64,000 nt of DNA from a virus (IMGVR_UViG_3300047159_000064); one strand, 5' to 3'. Positions 26,688-36,243 are shown, numbered from the stretch's first letter. Translations and numbers: made by a program. Notes: generated by a model from the sequence alone, not told the origin.

Positions 26688-27048
26688 TCTGTTTTGTGGC
26701 CTCCCACAGTATCAGCAGTGAAATCGCTATCTGGGCGTAGTGCATCAGCTGATCTGCCATTAGGTTGGTCCTTCCGTCGTTTTTCGCCTTGTCTATGAAG
26801 AAGTGCGCCATGACGTTCACTGCGAACAGCAGAACCATCCACCAAGGCGAAGCGAAGCCGAGATACCATATGAACGGCATGAATACGCACAAGCCTCAGA
26901 TTAGGCAATGGCCTATGAGGACGAACGCTCAGCTCGTTTTGTCTTCTGCAGGTCAGCTGCTCTCTTTTTTGAACTTCGCCTGGAAATCGTTTTGAAAGAA
27001 GAAATCGCCTAACGCGTGGCCGCAAAAAGCCAGAACGCACACGGTCAT
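26680..27048 (-). CDS. Trp-rich membrane protein with 3 in-frame TGA codons (about 26953, 26929, 26896), all in one frame
   Basis: Manual translation: MTVCVLAFCGHALGDFFFQNDFQAKFKKESS*PAEDKTS*AFVLIGHCLI*GLCVFMPFIWYLGFASPWWMVLLFAVNVMAHFF...; the ORF track only gives its 3-prime 70 aa. Confidence 0.6.
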
Positions 27049-27058
27049 GAAATTCACG

Positions 27059-27343
27059 CTAGTCTTCCTCCAGTCTGTATAGCCTGCCGCTTTTGTCTTT
27101 GAGCAGCTCGGCAGGCTTGCCGAATCTGTCTAATATGGCCTTGAACGCGGCCTTGCTTTTTTCTGAGCTGAGCTCGCTCATGAACGAGCGCCCGTCCGAC
27201 CAAACGTCTTTCATCAGCCTGTCGTATTCGGCGCTTCCGTCGGAGCTTTCGCAGCACAGGCCGTCGTCACGGCATGAGCAAGCGCCGTCCTTGTTGTAAG
27301 GGCATTTCCATTCGTTGCAGGATTCTACGTATACCTTACGCAT
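27059..27343 (-). CDS. Cys-rich small protein (94 aa)
   Basis: ORF track; CNEWKCPYNKDGACSCRDDGLCC. Confidence 0.45.
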   Translation of the reverse strand: MRKVYVESCNEWKCPYNKDGACSCRDDGLCCESSDGSAEYDRLMKDVWSDGRSFMSELSSEKSKAAFKAILDRFGKPAELLKDKSGRLYRLEED

Positions 27344-28172
27344 CTTTTTTGTCCTCGACTATCTGCGGCTCTTTCTCATGCCGCTTGTCGTATTCTTTTT
27401 GGATGTCTTCGCAGCTCTTGGCCGAGAATATCCTCTTCATGCCATCCTGATCGAACAAGCCGGCGAACGCGATGGCCGAAGCTGTCTCTCTGCTTTTTTC
27501 GTCGTCGTTGAAAAACCACTTCTTGCCGCTTTCGTAATCGTCGCGCTCTTTGCCTTGGAAGCTTTCTGAATCGTAAGAATAGCAGCCGCCGAAAAGCCCT
27601 TTTTCCAGCAGATAGCTTATCACTCCAGCTTTTCTGGCTATCTCTGTGTCGTAGTCTGGGAAAGCGTCTTCGAGCAGCATGAGCTTGGCTGACAAAAGGC
27701 CGGCCTTCATCATCGCCATGTATTCTACCGAGAACTTGAAGGCCTTGTATTTTTTATGCAGGTCTTCTATGTTCTGCCGGTCCCAGCAAAGCCACGCCTC
27801 GTCGTTTAGGCCTGCGTGCCTGACTATGGTCGTGAGATGGGTCATCAGAAGCAAATCGCAGCCGTTTCCGCGGAGGTCGGCGCTGAGCGGCTGAAGGAGA
27901 TCGACGTCAAGCCAATTGAGCGTTATCTTCAATGAGTCCGCCTTGCCTTTCAGAATGCCGAAAAGCCTAAGCGCTTTGTTGTAGCCGGTGTTTTTGTAGC
28001 CGTCAGGCATGTATTCAGCGCTTTCGTAGGCGACGGTTATCTCAGAATATCTGCAGCTTTCTATCAGCTTGAGCAGAACGGCGGTGCTGTCGTATCCGCC
28101 CGAGAAAAGCAAAAAAGCCTTCTTTGCTTTTTCCTGCACGACTTCTTTTACTTCTTTGCAGTCTTCGCTCAT
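27336..28172 (-). CDS. PP-loop ATP pyrophosphatase family protein (SGGxDS), QueC/ExsB-like candidate
   Basis: LLFSGGYDST motif near the N-terminus. Confidence 0.45.
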   Translation of the reverse strand: MSEDCKEVKEVVQEKAKKAFLLFSGGYDSTAVLLKLIESCRYSEITVAYESAEYMPDGYKNTGYNKALRLFGILKGKADSLKITLNWLDVDLLQPLSADLRGNGCDLLLMTHLTTIVRHAGLNDEAWLCWDRQNIEDLHKKYKAFKFSVEYMAMMKAGLLSAKLMLLEDAFPDYDTEIARKAGVISYLLEKGLFGGCYSYDSESFQGKERDDYESGKKWFFNDDEKSRETASAIAFAGLFDQDGMKRIFSAKSCEDIQKEYDKRHEKEPQIVEDKKDA

Positions 28173-28174
28173 GG

Positions 28175-28900
28175 CTACTCGCCTGCCTTTCCGTCTTTTC
28201 TTGAGGCCAATTCTTCAGTCAAAGCTTTTTCGGCGGCTTCGAATGCGTCGAAGTCGCATCCGGCTATTCCCTTTCTGTTCTCCTCGGAATAGCGAGACGG
28301 CAAGACGCTCTTTATTTCATCGGCGAAAAACGCTAGATTTTCAGCATTCATGCCTTTGGCGTACTTTTTAGAGAAGTCTTCGCATAGCGCGCTGACATAG
28401 GTAAAACGGCCCATGGCGTAGTCTAATGCGTCTCCAAACAGCATTTTGAGCTCTGCCTGAGTCAGCGTTTCTTTCTTATCAAGCTCTCTGTCGAAATCGT
28501 CGCCGAAATCAAGGTTTGAGAATTCTTTTGACGCTTTTTCAAGCACTTTGCTTTGGTCGGCTACGCTGTACCATTCTGCGGCGCCTCTGTCGAAGCATGC
28601 AGCTCTGCAAAATCCGCCGAGCCGTCTGACGGCGTCGACGTTCTCTTGCTGGTAGCCGCTGAAGTCATAAAATACTTTCTCTTGGTTGTCTACCTCTTCT
28701 GCGGCGTCGCGCTGGAGTCCGCCGAGGTCGCGGCCTGATATCGCCTTTATATGCTTTTTTAGGAACTCAAGCATCGCCAGGATTTCTTTGTCGTCTTTTC
28801 TGAACGAGTCTCTTACGGCCTGAAATAGGATATTAGACAGGTCGTTGTAGCCGATCTCTATCGTCTCTGCTTTGTTTTTTGCCGTTGTCTTTTTTTTCAT
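28175..28900 (-). CDS. hypothetical protein (241 aa)
   Basis: ORF track. Confidence 0.5.
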   Translation of the reverse strand: MKKKTTAKNKAETIEIGYNDLSNILFQAVRDSFRKDDKEILAMLEFLKKHIKAISGRDLGGLQRDAAEEVDNQEKVFYDFSGYQQENVDAVRRLGGFCRAACFDRGAAEWYSVADQSKVLEKASKEFSNLDFGDDFDRELDKKETLTQAELKMLFGDALDYAMGRFTYVSALCEDFSKKYAKGMNAENLAFFADEIKSVLPSRYSEENRKGIAGCDFDAFEAAEKALTEELASRKDGKAGE

Positions 28901-28901
28901 G

Positions 28902-30539
28902 TTAGTTATTCCTCTTGTAAGTCAAGTCCATGGATTTGTAGCGCGTGGTGTCTAAGAAGCCAAGCTTTTCCCAGTCCTGCTTTTTGCGATTGTAGAATTC
29001 GTGCGCTATGACGTTGTCCTCGTCGATCATGAGATAATGGTGTATCTTGGCGCCGTCGCTCCAAGATCCTTCATTGTCGCGCACCGAGTATTCAGGCGCA
29101 TCAGAGAACGTGTTGGCGAGCAATTTGCCTCCAGGCTTAAGCATGCTCTCAGCCACGGCTATTTCTTCGTTCGTAAGATAGTTTATGGAATCTTCTGCGA
29201 TGATGAGATCGAGCTTGCCGCTTAGTTTTTTAGCCGCGCTTATGCAAGTGTCGAAATCGCTTCCTTTGACGAATGGGTCTATGGAATACGTCGTTCTTTT
29301 TGGCGCTGTGTTTCCGCCTATTTCCGCAGACGTCAAATGAAAGCAGTTCGCCACCTCAGCAGCAGAGGCCAGCCTTTCGTTCTTTTTGCTGAAATACCGA
29401 GAAGGGAAATCTTCGTAGTATCTGCTCCAATCGACGCTTTTGAAATCATGGGCGGCGATATAGCCGTGGTACTTTTCCATCAGCGCGGTTTTGCCCGACG
29501 AAAAAGCGGACGATACCGTTTCTTCTTCCTCTTTGGTGCCTGGGAAAACGTATTCGGCAGTTTTTTCAGCTTTTATCTCTTCGTGTTTGTGAATGACGTA
29601 ATCGTGGCCGTTCAAGGCTGCGGCCAAAGCAGGCGCGTTCAACGTAGGTTTGCCGTCTGCTTTCACCGTCAGCGTGTTTTTGTCTACGCTCATCACCCAG
29701 ACAGGATCCCCGACGTGGCCTCTGCTCGTTGTCACGAAGCCTTCGCTCTCTTTCAGCTTTATGGCTATCGTGCCGTATTTCGCCGTTCTTCTTTCTTCGT
29801 ATTCGCTTACAACGCCTTTCGCGAAGCTGAGCTCGTTCTTTGCGGCTTGGCTCATGTCGGCAGGCGCATCAACGACGTCTGTCTTGTAGTATTCCTGATT
29901 TATGGCGCGGATCATGAATTTTATGTGATCATCGAAAGACATCGGAATAACGGAGCCATCTTGCGTGAGCGCTATCTTTTTTATTTTCGCGTCAATCGGC
30001 CTATTGGCGAAAATCACGTTGGCTTTGGAATCCTCTAACGTTTTTTCGGCGGCCGAGATCAGCTCTTCGTCTGTCGCTGCATCGAACAGCTTATAGCCTA
30101 TGAGGCAGCATCTTTTGTTCTTCTTTTTTATGACGTCTATCGCTCTAGGCGCGATGGTGAATTCTATGTTGAACTTCGCGCCTTCTTTGTACAAGTGAGA
30201 AGGAAATTTTGAATCGTAAGGATGAGTAGGAGCCAAATTAGCCACGGCTGCGGCCATAACGAAAGCATCATAATTCTCTGCGTTATTGCTGAACCATTTA
30301 AAGTAATCGTAAACATCAGATACGCTTACTGTACGTATGATGTCATTGCAAGCGCTCGGCAATTCTGTTCGCTCCCATTTGACGATGGTCACGTTCAGCC
30401 CGGCGGCGGCGAGGCGCCTTGCAGTTTCGAAAGCCAATCCGCCTTTGAATACGTTAGTAAGATATTTAACTGAATCAAGCTTCGCCGGGATAGGCCCGCA
30501 GCTCACTACGACGTTTTTAGCTAATTTGTTGATATACAT
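28902..30539 (-). CDS. two-domain enzyme: N-terminal CoaB/DFP-like nucleotide-binding domain fused to a C-terminal methyltransferase-like domain; possibly leaderless (ATG 7 nt after TATAATATA)
   Basis: VVVSCGPIPAKLDSVKYLTNVFKGGLAFETARRLAAAGLNVTIV matches the DFP/CoaB pattern; C-terminal LDLIIAED...GGKLLANTF. Confidence 0.4.
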   Translation of the reverse strand: MYINKLAKNVVVSCGPIPAKLDSVKYLTNVFKGGLAFETARRLAAAGLNVTIVKWERTELPSACNDIIRTVSVSDVYDYFKWFSNNAENYDAFVMAAAVANLAPTHPYDSKFPSHLYKEGAKFNIEFTIAPRAIDVIKKKNKRCCLIGYKLFDAATDEELISAAEKTLEDSKANVIFANRPIDAKIKKIALTQDGSVIPMSFDDHIKFMIRAINQEYYKTDVVDAPADMSQAAKNELSFAKGVVSEYEERRTAKYGTIAIKLKESEGFVTTSRGHVGDPVWVMSVDKNTLTVKADGKPTLNAPALAAALNGHDYVIHKHEEIKAEKTAEYVFPGTKEEEETVSSAFSSGKTALMEKYHGYIAAHDFKSVDWSRYYEDFPSRYFSKKNERLASAAEVANCFHLTSAEIGGNTAPKRTTYSIDPFVKGSDFDTCISAAKKLSGKLDLIIAEDSINYLTNEEIAVAESMLKPGGKLLANTFSDAPEYSVRDNEGSWSDGAKIHHYLMIDEDNVIAHEFYNRKKQDWEKLGFLDTTRYKSMDLTYKRNN

Positions 30540-30574
30540 ATTATATTATACGATTGAACGCGCCTATTGGAGGC

Positions 30575-30607
30575 CAAAATAAAAGCGCCGCTGCTATGCG
30601 GCGCCGC
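30575..30607 (-). terminator. rho-independent terminator (GCGCCGC-loop-GCGGCGC plus T-run)
   Basis: Hairpin followed by TTTTATTTTGG on the minus strand. Confidence 0.55.
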
Positions 30608-30754
30608 TGTCGTGCTCTTTTTTTGATAAGCAGGATTCAAGGCTTGGTCTGAGCAGCTTCATGGCGGCATGCCAGGCTACTCGGTCTTCTTCGGTTCTTA
30701 TTCCGGCGTAAGACAGCTTAGCTATCGTATTCCAGGCGTCAAGTTTTTCCATGA

Positions 30755-31153
30755 TTATTTTTTGGAAGTCGCCGCGGCTCTGGCGAACAGATACAAAGCC
30801 CCTAAGCCGATTAGCGCGGTTTTCTGATCGACCGGCTTCACGCGCTCTTCGATGACCGTTTTGGTTTTGTAGACAGGGACTTCTTTGACGACCTCTACCG
30901 GCACCTTCACCTCTTTGGTGACCTCTTTGATCACCTCTACGGGTTTTTCGACTATCTTTTCTACGACCTTAGGCTCAGAGAACGTGATTTTCTGCGCTTC
31001 GTAGACAGATTTCAAATTCGACAGCATCTGAAGGAATTCTCTTCGCATATAGGCGCTGTTTTTGTTTCTCATAGCCAAATCGGCCTCATACGCAGACTGT
31101 TCTGCGACGATGCAAGATCCGAGCTCTTGTTCGAATTTATCAGTTTTGTCCAT
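30755..31153 (-). CDS. hypothetical protein with a C-terminal TM anchor and Lys/Val/Glu repeats
   Basis: ORF track. Confidence 0.5.
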   Translation of the reverse strand: MDKTDKFEQELGSCIVAEQSAYEADLAMRNKNSAYMRREFLQMLSNLKSVYEAQKITFSEPKVVEKIVEKPVEVIKEVTKEVKVPVEVVKEVPVYKTKTVIEERVKPVDQKTALIGLGALYLFARAAATSKK

Positions 31154-31220
31154 TTGAAAACCGCCTTTGATTTTTAATAGGCCTTCGGTTATAGAGCGAA
31201 GGCCTTAGCCTCTTTAGGTG

Positions 31221-32774
31221 TTACTTTTTCGACTTGTCGTCGACCGGCTTGACTTCAGTGGTCGTCGCGCCTTTAGGCGAATCGGCGGCCAGGCTTCCGC
31301 CTAAGAAACCTGAGATAACTGATTTGACGTCGATGCCCAACGCGTTATTGAGCCCTTCGAGAATCTGCGTGCCGTTGTTGGTCATCTCTCCGACGAGCTT
31401 CGAAGAATTGCCTTCTCCGTACATCGTGATGTTGCCTACCTTGGCCATGGCCTCTGCCATAGGCTTGCTGTAGGCCTCGACGACCTGCGGGATGATGCCG
31501 GAATCCAAGACGAGTTTCAAGGTAGCGGCTTCGCCGTATTGCTTCATGGCGTCCGCCTTCTTTTGGATGGCTTCGGCTTCGGCTTTGCCTTTGGCTTCGA
31601 TTCCAGTTGCTTCTGCCAACGCTGCCTGTTTGGCGGCTTCGGCCTTTGCGATTTGGGCGTTTGCTTCTGCTTTGGCCTGGATTTCCAAGGCGGCTGCGGT
31701 CTGCGCTTTAGCTTCTTTGTCGGCGATGGCTTGGATCTTTTGCATTTCTGCTTTTTGTTCAAGCTCGTACTTTTCGGCTTCGGCCGCTTTCTGGCGCTCG
31801 AATAACTCGGCTTGCGCTTTAGTTTCAGCGGCGTACCGGTCGGCGTCTGCCTTCTTTTTGATTTCGGCGGTAAGTTGGTTCTCGCGAACGGCGGCTTGCT
31901 GCTCAGACAACGCTACTTCGCGCTCTGTCTTGGCGATTTCCGCGTTGGTCGTCGCGACGGCGATTTCCTTGTTGCGGTTTTGCTTTTCGAGATCGTAGGC
32001 GGCGTCGGCTTCGGCTTTGGCCGTATCAGATTTGACTTTGAGCTCTGCGGTCTTCAAAGCGAGGTTGGTGTTCTGCTCGACGATTGTGGTCTGAGAGGTG
32101 ACATTCGCCTCATTGGCCTCTTTGTCCGCCTGAGCTTGGGCGATGGCGACATCGCGGTTGGCGTTTGCCTTCGCGATGGCGGCGTCTTTAGAAATCTGAG
32201 AGATGTTGTCGATGCCTAAGTTTTCGATAACGTGGTTGTCGTCGGTGAAGTTCTGGATGTTGAAATTGACGACTTCCATTCCGATTTTTTCCATGTCCGG
32301 AACGACGTTGGCGATGACTTTATCGGCGATTCCTTTTCGGTCTTGGACCATGTCGCGAATCGCGGATGAGCCGACGATTTCACGAATGTTGCCTTCGAGA
32401 ACCTGAATGACCTGATTGTTGATCTCTTCTTGGGATTTGCCTAACAACGATTCTGCTGCGCGCTCCAGCAATTCCGGCTTCGACGAAATCTTGATGTTCG
32501 CCACGGCGTCGACGTTGATGTTGATGAACTCTCGCGTCGGTACGCTGCTTCGCGTTTTGATGTCGACGCTGATCAACGACAGCGACAGCACGTTTTTCTT
32601 CTGGAAGAACGGCAGACGCATGCCTGCCTTGCCGATTAGGATTTTGCGCTTACCTAACCCTGTGATGATGATTGCTTCGTCTGTGCTGGCTTTAGTGTAG
32701 CCGCATGCGAAGTAGATTGCCGCGAGGACCAAGAGGGCGCCGACGACAATGCCTACGATTAGCCATGGATTCAT
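31221..32774 (-). CDS. SPFH/band-7 (flotillin-like) protein: N-terminal TM, SPFH domain, long Ala/Glu/Lys coiled coil
   Basis: Domain architecture visible in the translation. Confidence 0.55.
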   Translation of the reverse strand: MNPWLIVGIVVGALLVLAAIYFACGYTKASTDEAIIITGLGKRKILIGKAGMRLPFFQKKNVLSLSLISVDIKTRSSVPTREFININVDAVANIKISSKPELLERAAESLLGKSQEEINNQVIQVLEGNIREIVGSSAIRDMVQDRKGIADKVIANVVPDMEKIGMEVVNFNIQNFTDDNHVIENLGIDNISQISKDAAIAKANANRDVAIAQAQADKEANEANVTSQTTIVEQNTNLALKTAELKVKSDTAKAEADAAYDLEKQNRNKEIAVATTNAEIAKTEREVALSEQQAAVRENQLTAEIKKKADADRYAAETKAQAELFERQKAAEAEKYELEQKAEMQKIQAIADKEAKAQTAAALEIQAKAEANAQIAKAEAAKQAALAEATGIEAKGKAEAEAIQKKADAMKQYGEAATLKLVLDSGIIPQVVEAYSKPMAEAMAKVGNITMYGEGNSSKLVGEMTNNGTQILEGLNNALGIDVKSVISGFLGGSLAADSPKGATTTEVKPVDDKSKK

Positions 32775-32860
32775 TTTTTAAGTTCCTTTCTTGCTAAAAT
32801 AAATCTAAGATATTATACAGCCCTTATTTCGCAGAATCGCGCGATTTCTCGGCTTTTGCA

Positions 32861-32890
32861 ATAAAAAACCCAGGGCCAAACCCTGGGCTT
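32861..32890 (-). terminator. rho-independent terminator (CCCAGGG-loop-CCCTGGG plus T6)
   Basis: aaaaaacccagggccaaaccctgggctt. Confidence 0.6.
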
Positions 32891-32912
32891 ATTGCGTACG
32901 CATTATATGCTG

Positions 32913-33398
32913 TTAGCTTATCTTTCTTGCTTTTTGGTTGTCGCTGACGAGCCAGATGCCGAGCGTTTCGTCGAAAACCTTAGGCCTGTTCGGAACGTAA
33001 CGGCCGAATTTGACGATGATGTTGTCGAACGCGGACAGCTCTTTGATCTGATCGGCGACTTCTTGCTCGTAATAGCCTGTGTAGATGACGACGTCGTCAT
33101 GACAGCCGTAATCCGTTCTCAGCTTCTTGATGAAGCCGTACAGCTCGTCGTATTGCTTAAACGGCTCTAATCCGCCAAACACGATCGCTTCGGTTATGTC
33201 GTTGGCGATGAATCGCTTTATGAGCGCATCGTCAGGGCAGTCTATGACTTTTGATTTTGCCAGCGCGTTATTCTGGCATACCGTTTCAGGGAAGCCGCCG
33301 TCATGGCAGCATTTCCAATCGCATATGCAGGTGCCGATGAACATCGAAGGCTTTTTGTAATTGACGAAATCTTCGTCAAGCAGTTGTTTTATCTTCAT
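32913..33398 (-). CDS. nrdG: anaerobic ribonucleotide reductase activating protein (NrdG-like)
   Basis: DFVN..P..F..C.C...CC cluster motif and VFGGLEP, like T4 NrdG; located next to nrdD. Confidence 0.5.
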   Translation of the reverse strand: MKIKQLLDEDFVNYKKPSMFIGTCICDWKCCHDGGFPETVCQNNALAKSKVIDCPDDALIKRFIANDITEAIVFGGLEPFKQYDELYGFIKKLRTDYGCHDDVVIYTGYYEQEVADQIKELSAFDNIIVKFGRYVPNRPKVFDETLGIWLVSDNQKARKIS

Positions 33399-33401
33399 TG
33401 A

Positions 33402-33851
33402 CTAATCCAATGAGCCCACGTCTTCCCAAGTGTCTAATTTGTATCCGTTGCGCACGCAATCTTTGCAGATTCTGCCGACGAACGGCTCGAATAAAGCTTC
33501 GTCTGCCGGAACCCATTTTCCGCAGTTGTTGCATTTGCATTCGATGTCGGCGTTCTCATTATGCTTGCTTTTGATTCTGAGATAGTCTTCGGCGAAAGCC
33601 TTGCGCCCAACTTTGTCGTTTTTATACTCGAACAGCATGACGCCGCTTTTGAACCAGGCGTCGAAGGTCTTGCCGCCAGTGGAGTTCGTCGCGCTGTAGC
33701 CGATGGTAAGCCCGTTGTCTGTCGTGAACGTGAAATCGTCAGTCGTGTCAGAAGCGAAATAGCGCTTAGGCTGGCATTTGATTCCAACGGCCTCTAAATC
33801 ATCCATGAATTCTTGCTGGCCTTCAGTAAGCTTTAGATTTTCTGGGTTCAT
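33402..33851 (-). CDS. hypothetical protein with C-terminal zinc ribbon (CKCNNCG...CKDC)
   Basis: ORF track. Confidence 0.5.
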   Translation of the reverse strand: MNPENLKLTEGQQEFMDDLEAVGIKCQPKRYFASDTTDDFTFTTDNGLTIGYSATNSTGGKTFDAWFKSGVMLFEYKNDKVGRKAFAEDYLRIKSKHNENADIECKCNNCGKWVPADEALFEPFVGRICKDCVRNGYKLDTWEDVGSLD

Positions 33852-33903
33852 TCGCGTTTCTTCTTTCTTTTTAATTATACGGCTTAAGCTATGCCTTTTT
33901 TAA

Positions 33904-35883
33904 TTAATCTATAAGCGATTTCTGGTCTTCTGCGTATTTGTACCATTGACGCGCCGTGAATTCCTTGAAGCGCTCTTTGCTGTAGCTCTGAGACGGCGTC
34001 AGGAAGCCTACGATACGCTGCCAGGTGTCGGCGACTGGCTCTCCGCAGATCGGGCAGACGTCGGTGCCTACGAAGCCATGGTTGTGCTTGCAGGAGTTTA
34101 TCTTCGTGTTGAACGCGAAGTAGATGACGCCGGCGTGCATTATCTTGTTCAGCATGCTCCATGCCACGTCGGTATTCGGGAAGTTGTTCTCGAGGTTGAT
34201 GTGGGCTATGGCGCCACCTCCGCATTTAGGATCGAGGATGGCGGACAGCTTTATCTTCTCGTCTATCGTGCATTTGGCCGTAAGCGGTATCCATTGGTTG
34301 GAATATATCGAGTCTTCGTGTCTATCGAACAAGAGATTGTCTTTAGCGCAAAGCACTACTGCTGCTTTCTCGGCCGGGACAGATTCGATGTTGAACGAAT
34401 AGTCGGCACCGAACGCGTCTTTAGTCTCGTTGATGACCCGCATGATGTCTTCGGCGAATGCGATGCCGTCGTCGGTGTAGCTGACGCAGCCGAATTCGTC
34501 GGTTTTTGTGTTGCCGAAGAATTTGATGACTTCGTATAAGCCGAGGATGCCGACGGTCGAATACTGCTTTTTGATGTCGATTCCGCCGTCGACGTAGTTG
34601 GGCAAAAGCCCCTTCTCTACGTTGCGCATGATGATGTGCCGCTGGATATCTAGCGTCTTGCAGCACAGATTGACTCTGGCCTTAAGCCTCTTCAGATAGT
34701 CTTTCTTGTCGCTCGATTCTAGCGCTATGCGCATCAGGTTTATCGTGTTGACTTTTATCGAGCCGATCGAAAGCGCGGTCCCGCCGATGCTGTTGACGAA
34801 AGCGTCGAGCTTCGACGTGTCGCTCAATAGGCGGCAGCAGTTGGAAAGCGTGTTGACGTTCTCGCTTCCGAAGAAGTTCGAATCGTTCCACTTGGTGTTG
34901 TGATCCGAGCACCATCTCGCGAAATCGTTGTCTTTGAACAGCTTGTAGTCGTGCGTGTGCTCCATCTCTTTCCATTCTTCGTCCGTCACGTCGTCTCTCT
35001 TGAGGAGCGAATACGTGAGCACCGGATAGGTGAACATGTTCTGCGCGCGGATGTCCGATACGACGTCCATGAACACCTTTTCGTGATTGATGAAGCCATC
35101 TATGTCGTCGACGACCATCGATCCGTCAGGGTAGACAACGCCGCCGAACAGCGATTCTACGTAATAGCGGTCGAATATGGAGACGTTGGTGAACGAGCTC
35201 TGCGTTATCCTCAAGAACGGCTGATTGAGCCTGTAGATGAGCTTTTGGAAGCATTGCTTGAGATAGTAGTCCGGATCTTTGATGTAGTATCCTTCGGCGA
35301 CGTCTTTCTTCCAGAAGTAATATGTCCAGATCAGGACGTTGGGGATTCCGACGGCTCCGGCGCTTCTGTTGCTGAAGAAGCTGATGTACTCGATAAGCAT
35401 GTCCAAGAAGCTGGACAGATGCTTCGGGCCTTGGTGGTTGTAGTTGTCTAAGAAGAAAAGGCCGTCTGTGGCGAGCCTGGTAAGGTCATAGGCGTAGCAA
35501 TACGGAAGATACGTCGAAGTGTGCGCGTCATGGAGATAGAACGCCCCAGACCATTCGTCTTCGAGCCATTCTTTGGCGGTCTTCAGGCCGTACTTTTTCT
35601 TCATCTCGTAGAAGATTTTGTTGAACGCGAAAATCTTGTCTTCAGACTTGTCTTTCTCTGACTTGAACGACACGATGTCTTTGGCTCTGGCGTTTGCCGA
35701 GCCGTCTATCGTGGCGTCAGCTGCCGTCTTGACGTTCTTATCGATGAAATTGTCGATGAACTCAGAATAGTCCAGCTGGCTTTCGGCCACGCCGTTAAGA
35801 ATCTCGAAGTCATGCCCGTATTTGTCTTTCAGGTTGTTGACCGTTCTCTCGAAGTCAGTGTCTAATTTTAAAGAAATTTCCAT
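33904..35883 (-). CDS. nrdD: anaerobic ribonucleoside-triphosphate reductase (class III)
   Basis: C-terminal glycyl-radical motif QRIVGFLTP and zinc ribbon CKHNHGF...CPICG; 659 aa. Confidence 0.7.
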   Translation of the reverse strand: MEISLKLDTDFERTVNNLKDKYGHDFEILNGVAESQLDYSEFIDNFIDKNVKTAADATIDGSANARAKDIVSFKSEKDKSEDKIFAFNKIFYEMKKKYGLKTAKEWLEDEWSGAFYLHDAHTSTYLPYCYAYDLTRLATDGLFFLDNYNHQGPKHLSSFLDMLIEYISFFSNRSAGAVGIPNVLIWTYYFWKKDVAEGYYIKDPDYYLKQCFQKLIYRLNQPFLRITQSSFTNVSIFDRYYVESLFGGVVYPDGSMVVDDIDGFINHEKVFMDVVSDIRAQNMFTYPVLTYSLLKRDDVTDEEWKEMEHTHDYKLFKDNDFARWCSDHNTKWNDSNFFGSENVNTLSNCCRLLSDTSKLDAFVNSIGGTALSIGSIKVNTINLMRIALESSDKKDYLKRLKARVNLCCKTLDIQRHIIMRNVEKGLLPNYVDGGIDIKKQYSTVGILGLYEVIKFFGNTKTDEFGCVSYTDDGIAFAEDIMRVINETKDAFGADYSFNIESVPAEKAAVVLCAKDNLLFDRHEDSIYSNQWIPLTAKCTIDEKIKLSAILDPKCGGGAIAHINLENNFPNTDVAWSMLNKIMHAGVIYFAFNTKINSCKHNHGFVGTDVCPICGEPVADTWQRIVGFLTPSQSYSKERFKEFTARQWYKYAEDQKSLID

Positions 35884-35909
35884 AATGCTGTTTTTGCCTT
35901 TGCCAATCC

Positions 35910-36125
35910 TTACATCGCCTGCTGCGAATTAACCCATTTCACGGCGGTCATGAAATCCATCATCTCGCCGTTCAGGCTGAGCTGCGGCGCGCTGGTTATG
36001 CCTAATTTTATCATCTCGTCTATGTTGTCTACCTCGGTGTAGCCGATGTTCTTCTGCTTCAGCTTCATTTCCAATACCCTGCATTTCGGGCAGTGGCTAG
36101 AATAGAATACGATTTTGTTTTCCAT
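35910..36125 (-). CDS. nrdH: glutaredoxin-like protein (NrdH-like, CPKC)
   Basis: 71 aa, CPKC redox motif, directly upstream of nrdD. Confidence 0.55.
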   Translation of the reverse strand: MENKIVFYSSHCPKCRVLEMKLKQKNIGYTEVDNIDEMIKLGITSAPQLSLNGEMMDFMTAVKWVNSQQAM

Positions 36126-36172
36126 TACTGCTTTTCCTTTTTTAATGGCTTATTAAAACCCTCATAAGATAG

Positions 36173-36198
36173 CAAAACCCCACGTCGAATGGGGTTCT
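36173..36198 (-). terminator. terminator-like hairpin (CCCCA-loop-TGGGG plus T-run) between late promoter motif 1 and nrdH
   Basis: ccccacgtcgaatgggg followed by ttttg on the minus strand. Confidence 0.4.
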
Positions 36199-36213
36199 GA
36201 AGCTCATTTGAAT

Positions 36214-36243
36214 CTGTATATAGTTTAGCAGATTATTATACGG
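36214..36243 (-). promoter_or_regulatory. late promoter motif copy 1 (minus strand AATCTGCTAAACTATATAC)
   Basis: tatatagtttagcagattattata. Confidence 0.45.
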
